DNA of 62,961 nt, the filler included, from Reticulomyxa filosa (taxonomy: Eukaryota; Protista; Foraminifera), in assembly GCA_000512085.1 (NCBI GenBank). It is 20 parts of 20 records of this genome, joined end to end, with 100 filler letters (N's around TTAATTAATTAA, not from the genome) between each part and the next. Parts side by side here need not be neighbours in the genome. Positions count along the whole stretch, not along the records: positions 22,259 to 26,698 come from ASPP01028054.1; positions 26,799 to 29,370 come from ASPP01003294.1; positions 29,471 to 30,643 come from ASPP01033220.1; positions 30,744 to 32,051 come from ASPP01039854.1; positions 32,152 to 34,341 come from ASPP01011440.1; positions 34,442 to 43,874 come from ASPP01000965.1; 14 more parts are not named here. One strand, written 5' to 3'. Made by a program: the position numbers and the translations under genes. Below the pieces are notes generated by a model, which was not told where the DNA came from, did not search any database, and saw nothing but the letters and a program-made list of their open reading frames with translations. Below, piece by piece: positions 25,230 through 37,320 of the stretch; within the stretch, counting starts at the first letter, position 1; every line of letters begins with the position of its first letter.

Positions 25230-26181
25230 GGACACAGGGCTGTACCCAGGAATGTAGAGAATCACAAAGCCAAACAAACAAAAAGCTACGAATGAGAATG
25301 GTGCCTCACATTGCCGGGTGACAGTCAGTTGCAAAAATCAAACAGCTACAACTGAAGTTTAATTATTTTGTGTTGAAAAATTTTTTTAAAAAAAACAAAG
25401 AGCATTAAAAAAATGTAGGTGGCAAGTAATGAAGTAATAAGCTTTTGTAATGATCTGCAACACTTGTTATCAAAAAGTATGACTGCTTTGAAAACCGAAC
25501 AAAAAACAACTCAGAATGATAATTCCAACACACAAACTTCACAACCTTCTCAAAAAAATCAAAGTGAGCATGATCAAAAATCAAACACCAAAAAAAAGAA
25601 TACAAAAAATAAGCAAAACAAAAACGCGAAATAGTTTTTTTTTATGAGTAAACTTTTGCCCCTTTTTAGAAAAAAAAGGAAGGGACACGAAACATTTGTA
25701 TATCGTGTCCATCTCGAAAAGTTTAAACATTGACATTATAAAATTACAAAAAAATGCTCAACATCCTTTTTTTTTGCTATGTTGTTTGTATTATTTTGCA
25801 TTGCCCTTATTCTATCTGCAAGAGTTTTTTAAAGGCATGACCCTTTGCGGAAAAAGTCTTCTTGCCCCTTTTTTTATCGAGATTGCAGCAATAAATTTAT
25901 TACTGAACTATTCATAGACACTATATTTCATTGCCTTATGATGTTAAGTGGTATAGAAGTGTTACGTTGATATTAAATATTAATAATAAAATTAGGATAA
26001 ATAAATGAAAAAAAAAGTATAAGTATCCAATCAATCAATATTGTGGTAAAACTACATTTTATAATAACCAACCGCAAATGTTCTTGCTTTGTGAAAAAAC
26101 TGACAAGTTCAAATCTTCGATAAGAAAAACAGGAACGCAGAGAGTCGTATTGTCAGAATACTCAAAAAAAAAAAATAGGAA

Positions 26182-26490
26182 ATGGGTAGTTGCGCAAGTA
26201 ATGACGATGAGGATAGTCGCAAAAATCAGGAAGTGGAGGATGAATTACGTAAGTCTAGACCAATTAGGAAAATACACAAGCTACTATTGTTAGGACCTGG
26301 AAATAGTGGGAAGTCAACATTTTTCAAACAATTGACACAAATTCACGGAGAAAAATATACCAACAAAGACAAACGTCACTCCATACCAATCGTGCATGAC
26401 TCGATTTTAGAACAAATGAAGAACATACTTTTATTGGCACAAGATGAGTTCAATGCCACATTAGAAGAGAAGACGCAACAATCGGCCCAG
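26182..26490 (+). CDS. Heterotrimeric G-protein alpha subunit, first exon (3'-partial)
   Basis: MGSCAS myristoylation/palmitoylation N-terminus and KLLLLGPGNSGKSTFFKQLTQIHG P-loop. Confidence 0.92.
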
Positions 26491-26657
26491 GTTTTTTCCA
26501 ACCTTTTTTTTTTTTTTTTTTTAATACATTTTATGCACATAAGCACGTACCCTTTTCCATTCGGACACGTTTTTTTCTAATACCCCCTTTCCAAAGAGGG
26601 GTTTTTATAAGTGGGAAAAAAACCTGAAGTTCAATATAAAAAGATTTGAACATATCC

Positions 26658-26698
<41 letters not shown>

Positions 26699-26798
26699 NN
26701 NNNNNNNNNNNNNNNNNNNNNNNNNNNNNNNNNNNNNNNNNNTTAATTAATTAANNNNNNNNNNNNNNNNNNNNNNNNNNNNNNNNNNNNNNNNNNNN

Positions 26799-29345
26799 AA
26801 AAACAAAAACGATATCGATACCACGACTGAATTGATCGGAAAAAAAAATGGAAGACAAAGAAAAAGAAGATGCGCGTTATAGAAAACAAGCACATATGGT
26901 GTCGAATAAGCCATCTCACATCCCGATATTGTTGTGGCTCCAATTTGCTAGATGAGTTTGCAATATTCATGTCAAGATATTAGCAAATAAGAAGAAGATG
27001 ATGTGGGAGAAGATTATTCAAGGCCGTACCGTTGTTGATTTTTTTTTTTTTTTAAAAAAAGAGAATCTATCGACTTCACTTTGATTTGGAATGGCCCTTC
27101 ACACCCACGGAAGCGACTTTGCGAATCTTAATATGGACTGATTTCACATAGTGCGCTCCCTCAATAGAAGCTGGACGGTGTGTGGCAATATCAAGCATAG
27201 TACAATGATAATAATGACGACAACGATAACGCAGTCCATGTCCCTTTTACGCATCTGTCAATTACTTCTATACACTGGATTGATGTTGTGTGAGCCAATA
27301 TTTGATCCGCTGCTGTTGGTGTCGCGAAAGAGAGGTAATGTTTGCACCATTTCTTACAAAAAGCAATAGGTCGTGCAAATCAATAATGGATCGATGGTTC
27401 AAAAGTTGCTCCATCATTTATCGAACAAAATAAAAGCTGGATATTTGCAATGTATTGGTGGCGCGCTGGGCCCTGCTGAGTGCAATATTTTATGGTAGCA
27501 GTCAAGCCTCTCTCTATCTCTCTCCTATCTCATATCACCTCTCTTATCTCAAAGCGTCGCTGTGGATACGAACGAATTGTTCAGTTATCAAAAACCAAAT
27601 TACTTAAATTCGAAAAGTGAAAATGGTCTGCTGTTGACAAGACCACCACCCAAAAAAGTAGCAGCTCTAGGGGAAGAGTCTTTCAATGATACTAGCTTCC
27701 CCCAAGTCACAGTTCAATTGTTCCAAATAATGGAATAATTGATGGAAGCATTATCACTGAGACCAACTCGTACATTCTAACACAAGAGTCCGAGGTATTT
27801 TGTTGGTAATTTGTGCACCTATCTCTTTCCTCTGATCTAGACACTATAATTCGTGATTGGATCCATTGCTTGAAAAAGTTTTTGTTTTATGTGTACATAT
27901 TTAACATATATTTATTATTATTATTATTATTTATTTATATTTGTGGTATGTGTTGCTTGAACTTTTTGAATAGATATTTAAAGTTGTGCAAATGGAAGTA
28001 TGCAAGTTGTTGCTGTTAATATTATTATTGAACCTCCGGCAATAATGGCAACGGCGTGCATTGATTATGGATCATGGTATCATTCTTTACATAACGAATA
28101 AGTTGAAAAAAAACAATTTGAAGGTCCAAATCAGTGTAATATGCCCATGATTGATTGAAAGTGGTGAGCTGAGCAACATGTATTCCAAGTTATAATATTT
28201 TTGTATAATGTGATTGAAAAAGTACTTAAAACACATATGATGGATACACACGTATACATATATATGTATATATATAGGTCTCAATGAATACAACACATGT
28301 CCATCGAACATTGGAAAGTGATGAATGCGCAAAGTAGAAGATGGTGTCAGAGAAGAAGTAGAAATTGCGAACTTTGTTAAAAAATGCATATTCAGAGCGA
28401 TCGAGAAAACACACTACCACATCGGGAGCATCGTCTTATGTGATAGTGGTTCATTTCGTGGATGAGATGTGCAAAACTCAGTCAACACAGCAGCAAGGTG
28501 AATAGGACGATGAAGAGGAAAAATGGTAAGTATGTACTACTTTGAATTTGTTTAAAAAAAAAAAAAAATAACAGTCAAATGGCTTTGTTGAGTTTTGCTA
28601 TATAATTGTCCTTCATACCTAGAAACACGCAAAGTCGCCACTTGCGGCGTGGACAAAGAGTGCGGCGATTTCAAGCAGTGGCAGCCTGGAGCATTTTGTA
28701 AAGAGCGTTTGCCATCAAACAGGCGCACAAACGTTTCTACAGACAATGGTTGAACGCGACATAACGCCAAAAAGAAGCTGTCGAACTTCGATCTATCAGC
28801 GCCAATGAACAGTAAACACTTGGCCGTTATGAATATCGCGCTACTTGGTGTTAACAAATAGATTGACTAAGCACGCCAAAACTTGTCGTGTATGTGCGCG
28901 CATATTCGCAACTTTGAATTGTACGTATACTGACAGGAGAAATCTTGAGCTCACAAAAACATTGAACATCGTTTGATTGGCAAAGAAAGGAAGAGAAGTA
29001 GTTGTATTTTCCAAGTCCATCGCTGCAAGATTTGTATGCATTGCGTTTGTCGAGCAAACGCCTGTTATCTTTGCCAAACTGCCTCCGGGACCAACTATGA
29101 GCTGCTAATGACGTGTTGGGTGGCAATCAAGAACGCAAGAAGTGGAAGACGAAGAAGGAAAGAACGTGAACATTGTCAAAAAAAAAAATTGACATTTGCA
29201 ATCGAGCAACCGCTACATCGGGAGAATCATCCTATAGTAAGAGTGGTTCAATTTAACTCCAAGACACTAGCAAGAAAGAAGAGAAAGAATATGATGATGA
29301 AGAAAAGAAAGATAATATCAAAGCATGTATCGAGCTGGATTTGTT
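26799..29345 (+). pseudogene. Decayed gene relic, possibly an RNF213/mysterin-like AAA+ ATPase
   Basis: Fragments VEDGVREEVEIANFVKK..VIVVHFVDEM (Walker-B-like context) and IFATLN..D..LTKTLNIV*LAKKGREVVVF..RFVCIAFVEQ..FAKLPP resemble RNF213-type AAA modules from memory. It also holds a third copy of the LEWxFT..IWTDF..NIK module (27085-27200). Confidence 0.4.
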
Positions 29346-30743
29346 TAAAAGAAAAAAAAAAAAAAAAAAANNNNNNNNNNNNNNNNNNNNNNNNNNNNNN
29401 NNNNNNNNNNNNNNTTAATTAATTAANNNNNNNNNNNNNNNNNNNNNNNNNNNNNNNNNNNNNNNNNNNNTGATTTTTTTATCACGTTAATGTTTGGATG
29501 GATTAGGACATGTACTTACGGTGGCGAATAAACATATCATATGCCATTTTTAACTTGGCTTAACTTTGGTAATGTTATAAAAAGACAAACCAAGACAATC
29601 ACATTTTTGTAAAATGCAATCTTGATGACTATAATTGTAAACAAACTAATGGCAAAGTGGTATGTGTAGATATTTCTTTTTTATACTACGTTTGATGAGC
29701 TTTGGTGTCTTCTTGACTTTATTTCTAAATATATGAAGATCTTAATGATCTTCTGCTTTGTTTTGGAGGTTGGGCGTCAAGCCAAAGCTTGTACTGTTTC
29801 ATGAAAAAGCATTGAAATAAATAATGATAAGGCAGCAAATATGTGCGAAATCATAGAAAAAAAGTAGACAATAAAAAATATTGTTAAGATCAAATATTTT
29901 TAACATTGATTTTATTGCATTTATGTTCTAACGCATTTTTTGACAATTGCTCAGTCTTAAAATGATAATTTTTATAAGTCTAATTTCGCTTGAACAATGC
30001 TTTACGTTGAAACTGATACCACAAACTCGTGAATTTCTGCAAAGATATTAGAATAAAGAATGATTCATCATTTGATGTAAAGTTTTGGTGCTCAACTAAT
30101 GAAATAAAAAAATACGTAAACCTAAAGATCATTTTGTTTACTGCAAAAACATTTACTCATATGATATAATAAAATTTTTTTTGTAATACAGAATGTTTTG
30201 TGATTGTATAGCAAATTATGTTGCATTTTTCAAAGTAGTAATCGTAATGGTATAGCTGAAAAAAGGACAAAAAGCAATTGAAACATAATTATAATTTTTG
30301 CAAATGAAAACAAGAAGTTTTCTGTTCAGAAAACTTGTGCTCCATTTGAATTCAGTTGAGAAGGTATATCTCCAAATAAGCTTTAGGATATTATCATATC
30401 AACTCTTTTTCATGAGTTCGGCTTGGTTCATTGAGATAATCATAATCATTTATGAACCATGAAAAAAAAAAATCCCCCAAAATGAACTGACACAAAAATT
30501 ACAATAAAATTTATTTAAAAAAAACTTTTCAAACTTTTGCTTAAATGAAATATATACATCGTTGTGAGTCCAAAAATATATTTTGTTTTTAATAAAAGCG
30601 AATACAATTAGAAAAAAATGCACTTTTTATTTTATTTTTTCTTNNNNNNNNNNNNNNNNNNNNNNNNNNNNNNNNNNNNNNNNNNNNTTAATTAATTAAN
30701 NNNNNNNNNNNNNNNNNNNNNNNNNNNNNNNNNNNNNNNNNNN

Positions 30744-32051
30744 TTTCGTGTTTTTTTTGGGCCTACTTATCGTCATTTGCTGCTGTTACTGTTGCTGTTG
30801 CTTTTGCTATTGTCGTCATAGCTTGCATGGCCATCACGTGAATTTCGATTGCGACCTCGAGTGGAGTTGCTCGTCCCAATTAAGGCATTGGCATTCCTAT
30901 CCGCTTTCCAATTATCAACGTTCGCTGTTGGTACATGTTGCTTCGCTTTTAGTCATTTGTACTTTCTCTTTGGCGATTGTGTTTCTAATATGTCTATGTT
31001 ATTATCATTATTATTAGTTATTGTTGTTGTCATTGCCAAGATTATTTCGATTTGCAAAAAAAGTTCGTATATGTTGGATTGTTATTCCAAATGTGGAAAT
31101 TCAAACCTTTTTGGTAATCATTTCCTCTTTCTTCCTCATCGAGAAAACGAAGAATACGTATCGACGTTTCTTTGATTGAAAAATCTTGGATGTTTTCATT
31201 TGCACCTTCTTTTTGTTCTTGTTTTTATTAAAAATATCATTTCTCATTGCGTTGTTATTGTCATACCTTCATCGTCTGCGACTTTGGTTTTTTATTTTTA
31301 TTTTGATTGATTTTGATTTTGACCTTGATCTTGGCTCCTACGATTGCAATGTTCGCGAGACATATCTTTGGCATTATAAGGTGGTGATACATGATCTTTT
31401 GCTATGGAATATTTGACACTACTTTGAATAAACTGTTGATAACTTTCACTTGACAAAATATTTCTTTTATCGATATCTTGTTGTTTGAGATCCATAATCA
31501 CAGCTACATGAGGAATATCTATACAATAAACGCGGAGGTATTTTGGCTCGGATTTTCCAAATATGTTACAGCTACTTCTGTTCTGTCGATAGATAAACAA
31601 ACTGTGTGATTTGTATTGTAATATCATAACACACACCATTGTTTCAAATGTAGAACATAGTTACAAAATACCATTGACTTTAAGGTCGATTTTCAAAATA
31701 CCACCACCGCAATCGTTTTGTCATCTTTGTGATACCTGGTAACGGTTGTGCTCATCAGTACGTCTTTTTTTTTAATGCGATATTGAGTTTGATCTTTTAT
31801 TATTTGTCTTTTTTCGAACAGCTGAACTAGTGTGATCACAAACAAACAACGTTGAAACATACTTAGCAAACTTGAACGAAGGACCAATACGATTAACATT
31901 TGTAGCTTCGGGATATGCTTATAAATCGAACTTTTCCCCAAGATATCATCCGCGAAACACGAGTTGATGATCGTTGTTGCTGTTGAAAACAAGATCATGT
32001 GTTTTCAGCAATGTGGCATAATTAGTAGTAAAATTGAAGATTTGCCAACGG
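30744..32051 (-). pseudogene. Unidentified coding-like sequence with stops (hypothetical gene or pseudogene)
   Basis: Protein-like stretch 31298-31600 (SEPKYLRVYCIDIPHVAVIMDLKQ..) continues into low-complexity N/Q/K-rich sequence interrupted by stops. No family recognised. Confidence 0.3.
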
Positions 32052-32283
32052 NNNNNNNNNNNNNNNNNNNNNNNNNNNNNNNNNNNNNNNNNNNNTTAAT
32101 TAATTAANNNNNNNNNNNNNNNNNNNNNNNNNNNNNNNNNNNNNNNNNNNNTTATTATTATTATTATTATTCCTACTCCCTTCCTTTTTCTCTTATGTTC
32201 ACATCACACATGTTTGTTCATCGCTTTTCTTTTGTTCAAAACAAACAACACTACTCAACTTTCCATCGGTTTTCATGAAAATA

Positions 32284-33280
32284 CTCAAGCATCACATTTT
32301 CTGTAATTTTTTTGCGAAATCCTTCATATTCTTTTACTTGTTCTTGCGTCAAAGGTACGCCTTTTCGTTGTGTCTAAGGTTGTTTCCATACATTACACAT
32401 ATTGAAAAGTTGTTTTCATGTGCAAAGGGGTTTGTATATCTTCAATACAAATTCCAGTACAAAAAAAAAAAAAATGCACCCAGTGAGTGCCATAGTTTCG
32501 ATAAAAAGGCATATCCGCGCTTAATAAATGATAAAGCATCTCTCTTCCCATATCGGAATCGTCTTCCAGCATTGGTGTAGCAATGCGTATGAACAGCCGT
32601 GCACTCTTTTCCACATCATCGACAATGTCATAGTCTGAAAAATGTCTGTTGTCAAATAAACCAAAAAATATTACTTTTGATTGCTCGCGTTATGTGTTTC
32701 CTTTCAACTTTGTCCAAGGGACAAAAGAAACAACAATAATAAGTGAAAAGATTATTGAAATGGTGAAAATAAAGAAGAGCAGGAAAAGAAGGAGAGAAAA
32801 AGGGCACGAAAGGGAAAAACCCCAGAAAAAAAAGGGCCAATGTGAGAAGGGAGACGAGAAAAAAAAAAAAAAAAAGGGGTAATGGCGAATGTAAGAGGGA
32901 GAAGGGAAAAAAAAAATGTCTTAACACATGTCCTCTTTTCATCAAAGTTACACATGCATTTTGTAACAAATGTTGCTTAATGTATTCGTATTCTTCATTT
33001 TGGTAGTCCTTCTTGATATATTTTTCTAAAATTTCATTTAAGTCGTGAAGTGCATACTTGATTTCTTCTTCTTCTGTTCTCCATGCCAGGCAAAAAATAA
33101 CAAAAAAAAAAAAAAGAAATTGTATACGTATTTATTTTTTTCATCTCCCCTTTTTAAAAAAAAAAATTTTGTTGCAAACGTACCATTCTGAAGACAGTTA
33201 ACGATACGTCGACACAAATTTTGCAACTCTTCGAAAGAGTTTTTTTTCTGTTCTGTACTGGCTTCTTCGGTGGATGACAT
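32284..33280 (-). CDS. Hypothetical protein, 5' exons (3'-partial)
   Basis: Exon-like blocks MSSTEEAS..NCLQN, EEEIKYALHDLNEILEKY.., DYDIVDDVEKSARLF..PFYRNYGTHW and TQRKGVPLTQEQVKEYE.., separated by A/T-homopolymer introns. Confidence 0.6.
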
Positions 33281-33839
33281 CCCTAAATTCAATGAATTGC
33301 AGTGATTTTTGGGTTCAATTGGTCCTCTTCTAAACCCAACCTAGTCTTGTTTTGATTTTTGGCCAGGTGTTTGAAATGTCCCTAAGAAGAGCAAAAAATA
33401 TCCATGTGGACAAATATAATATTCCAAATGAAAAGCAGAATTTACCTGATGTTCCAAATATTGGACGTCCAAAGACAAAATTTTTTGCGGGGTTACGTTT
33501 CAAAAGTTTTGTTGTGTTTTTACCTCTTTTTTTATTTGTTACGAGTATTATTCTTAATTTTTGTTAATTTGTGTAAATTCTTTCAAATTGCAGTTAAGAA
33601 AATAAGATAATTGCAATGCTATCCTTTTTTAATTTGTATAATGATTGTTATGTTCAATTGCAGCCTTTGCACGGACCATTTTGCATAAAGTTTATTGTCA
33701 CATCTTACAAGAACAAATTTTAAAAGGCGGAAGGTATATCATCCATAAGCAATGAAATATTGCGAAATGTTTTGCGGACAAACGGAAAAAAACCTCCTTT
33801 TCCCAGCTTCACTGTTGAAGTGGATTTTCAGATTCACAA

Positions 33840-34320
33840 ATGACGACTTCAAAAAAAAATTCGTCTTTTGGCAGCAAGTTGAAAGATAGAATGGCCTCAA
33901 TTTTTCATAAGCCCGAAAATGGTGAAAATAGGCCGTACAAAGCAGTGGACATAGAAGACAGTGGCCAGAGTAACAGTCAAAGGAGTCATGTTTCAGTGGC
34001 AAAAAACGAACTACAAAAAAACCCAGTGGAAAGTGGCAATACTGACGCTTCAGCAAAGACAACAATGCCAGCAGTTTAGTTACACTTTTTTTTGTTGTTG
34101 TTGTTCCTTTGAGACGAAGCTTTCTATTTTTTAAAAAATGTTAATTCATCGTATTTTGTAAAAATTGACTAAAAAATTTTAACAAACAACCCCTTTTTTT
34201 TTTTTTGTTAATTTTAGAAAAATAAAAAAATTAAAAAATGAAATATCACGTACAGACAGGCAAGGCCGCCCAACGACTTGATGCCCTAAACAGAATAAAC
34301 AATAGCAAGCTATTAGAGTT
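33840..34320 (+). CDS. Hypothetical protein, 5' exons (3'-partial)
   Basis: Hydrophilic exon MTTSKKNSSFGSKLKDRMASIF.., a T/A-rich intron, then a short exon KAAQRLDALNRINNSKLL. Confidence 0.5.
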
Positions 34321-34570
34321 ATGTTTTCAAAGTTTTACTTTNNNNNNNNNNNNNNNNNNNNNNNNNNNNNNNNNNNNNNNNNNNNTTAATTAATTAANNN
34401 NNNNNNNNNNNNNNNNNNNNNNNNNNNNNNNNNNNNNNNNNTTTTTTTTTTTCTCCCTCCATTCTTCCTTTTTTCTGAGGCTCTGAACTTTTGTTTTTTA
34501 AAAAAAAAAAAATGTATTCACTGTTTTAAACTTTTTTTGGTCCCTTTCTTTTGTTGATGTGCGTGATTAG

Positions 34571-35151
34571 GAATTGTTTTGACAGATCTGACGTTCATCA
34601 ATGACGGCACAGCTGATCGGGATGATAAGGTTGATAATCATATCAATTTTAGTAAATATTTGAAGTTTTATCATGCTTTCAAAGATGTTATACGACTGAC
34701 TCGATATCACCTTCACTCGAATCGAAACGATCCGAAACTTGTGGAAGAAATCAACGCCAAAGTTTATAATGAAGATGCTACGGTGAATCCAGTGTTGAAC
34801 GTGCAATCGGAAGAGGAAAAACATGATCCTCTAAAAAATTTTTTTTCAAATCAAACAAATGAGGAAAACAAGGAAAAAGAAGCCAATCCCGCAATAGTTC
34901 AGACAAACACTAGCAACTTAAGTGCCAACTTTTTTGCTAGTATTGCTGTTGACCCAAAAATGCAGTCCGAAATCGAAATGGATTTAGACTTGTTTCAGAT
35001 GTTGGAGCAACGAATTGTGAAAGTTTTGACAATACAAGCAAATAAGATTGATGAAAGTGAGAAAACAGCTTTGGACGAAGCAAAGAAACAAAATCGAAGG
35101 ACCGAACATCGTACCAGTGGTCACAATATACTTTCTCTTTTTAAATCGTAG
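34571..35151 (+). CDS. RasGEF (CDC25 domain) protein, last exon
   Basis: GIVLTDLTFINDG..NHINFSK matches the RasGEF C-terminal signature (LxDLTFIxEG..INFxK). Confidence 0.8.
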
Positions 35152-35563
35152 AATCCTACCACGAGTTACAAAGATTAAATGGATAAAAACAAATTGCAAA
35201 AATATCTTTTTTCTGGGTGTCACCATTTCTGTGAACGTGTGTACATCAGGGTGTTTTTGGTTTTTACGGTTTTATTTTTTTATAAAATTGCTTTTTCTGG
35301 TCGGGGTCTGTTTGACTCCAAATGTTGCGAAAAAAAGTGCTTGTTTATATTTTCTTTTGCATTGCCGGCGAGAAAGTTGTATTCAGCTGATGCGTTTTCA
35401 CGAAATTTTGCAGAACACATCACTGTTCAAATAAACAGGTACGATTTTACGCAAATTCAAATGAGAAAAAAGTGTCAAATAAAAACACGTAAAAAAATGA
35501 AAAACAAGCTAAGAAAACGAAAAGAGAAACAACGGAAGAGTAAACTAGAGGAAGTAGATCACA

Positions 35564-36676
35564 TTACCAATACCAATAGTTGGTCCGAGAAATAATGTTC
35601 ATTGCGGTATGGAAGACAACCATTCCATCTGTTTCAATATATATAGGTTGGCTGTTATCCTTATGGGCAATTTCATTGCTGCTGCTGACCAAACCACCAA
35701 ATGACAACAAACTTTTATTTAAATCCCACTTAAGTCCTGACGTGCTTACAATCACAGGCTCATACATTGGCAATACTCCACAAATGGGCCCTTGAACTTG
35801 TGCCAGCTGTATTTTGTGTGTTCCTTTGCCCAAAGCAATACCAAAATTTTTCCTGCTCATAAGAGCCAATCCAATATGCCCTGTATTTCTGTGTGTGCAT
35901 AACCCCCAGAACTGATTCCAATCAAGCCCACAAATTGAATTTCAAACATTCAACTTTACTTGTGCTTTGGTAATAAATCAGTGCCAAATTGTCTTAAGAT
36001 ATTAAATGATTGCATTTCATGATCAAACCTCTCACCATAACGCCCCCCACGCGATAATATATTCAGGAATTTTTTGTTGTTCGGTGGGTGTCGTAATTAT
36101 CTATCACTTCTAATGTATAGGACAATGCCTTAAAAAAATCGTTTTGGTCTTGAGATGGACGATAGACACGTTTCACTCCTAACGTCAAAAAATAATCCAA
36201 AGCTTGACGTTCAATACTATCCATGTCTCCAACGATTGCATAAGGATCAATGGCGTTTGTTTCTGATCAATTGTAAGTTTGGTGGCGTCACGGTCCATTG
36301 ATTGCAATCGATACATTGTGTTCCCTCCACCATCCGCACAGATCACGCGCCGTGATTTTTCGCACAGTTTTACCAACGCCTCATCTTCGGGGCAATTTAA
36401 CAAAATGACATCATAACGAAAGTTTTCCGAAGTGGAAAAAGATTGGTTTGTTATGTTTGTCTGACGCTTCGATGATGCAAGTTCCACATTATCATGGCTT
36501 TTCTCGTGCCAAATATTGTCAAAAAACGTGAAGTCATGAAAAAATTCGTTGGAAATTTTTGCCAAAGTACCAAATGAAAACACATGCGCACATAACGGAC
36601 TGTGGCAAGTTTTTTTGAATGAAAGATGAGAGGCAAAACGAGTGGATAAAGATCTAAATAAACTTAAATCATACAT
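35564..36676 (-). pseudogene. TPK1: Thiamine pyrophosphokinase gene with three frame disruptions (pseudogene or sequence errors)
   Basis: VICADGGGN, AIVGDMDSI, SQDQNDFFKAL, IIAWG, GERFDHEMQ, TSGLKWDL and LSFGGLVSSSN occur in the right order but in shifting frames. Confidence 0.85.
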
Positions 36677-37320
36677 GGCGGAGGAGATTGAAAAAATTTT
36701 TGGTTCCGCTAGGCTTGCTCGAATAACTAAAAAAATGAAGAGTTTAAGTACTAATTTTTGTATACTCATTTGATTAGTGTTGAAATTGCTTTCTTAAAAC
36801 TCTCAAAATTGAATAATTGCCAATCAGGCCTATTGAATCGAAAGCAACTTGTAGGTAATATATGTCTTCAAGTTTTGCAGCTGAGCTGCGAAAGGTTTGA
36901 AATACAAACAACTGTGAGAAACATCAAAAAACACACGCAATTGCAATTTCCGAAACGAACATTATTTAGTACATGTGTGGTGTTGGGTTATGTCTTTCAA
37001 TTGCAACTGAGGTGCTGTTAAATTTCGAAAACATTGACGTTTGCAAGGCAATTCCTAACCAAAAAATTGCCTTTCTCTCTTGCAACCAATCGACACTGAT
37101 AACAAACCTTGTTTGTTTTTTTCTTTTAAAAAGAGAGAGGAGGGAGAGGGAGAAGCAAGAGAGGTGAGGAAAAAAAAAGAAAGAAATAAGAAAAATCTAG
37201 AGAAAAAAGTTTCAACAGAGATATTAAAAAAAAGTAACTTGAATTTTGAATGATAAAGCGACGTGTAAGATAGAAGAGAGGGGAAAAAAAAGAGAAAAGA
37301 AGAGTTTTTTTATACACATA

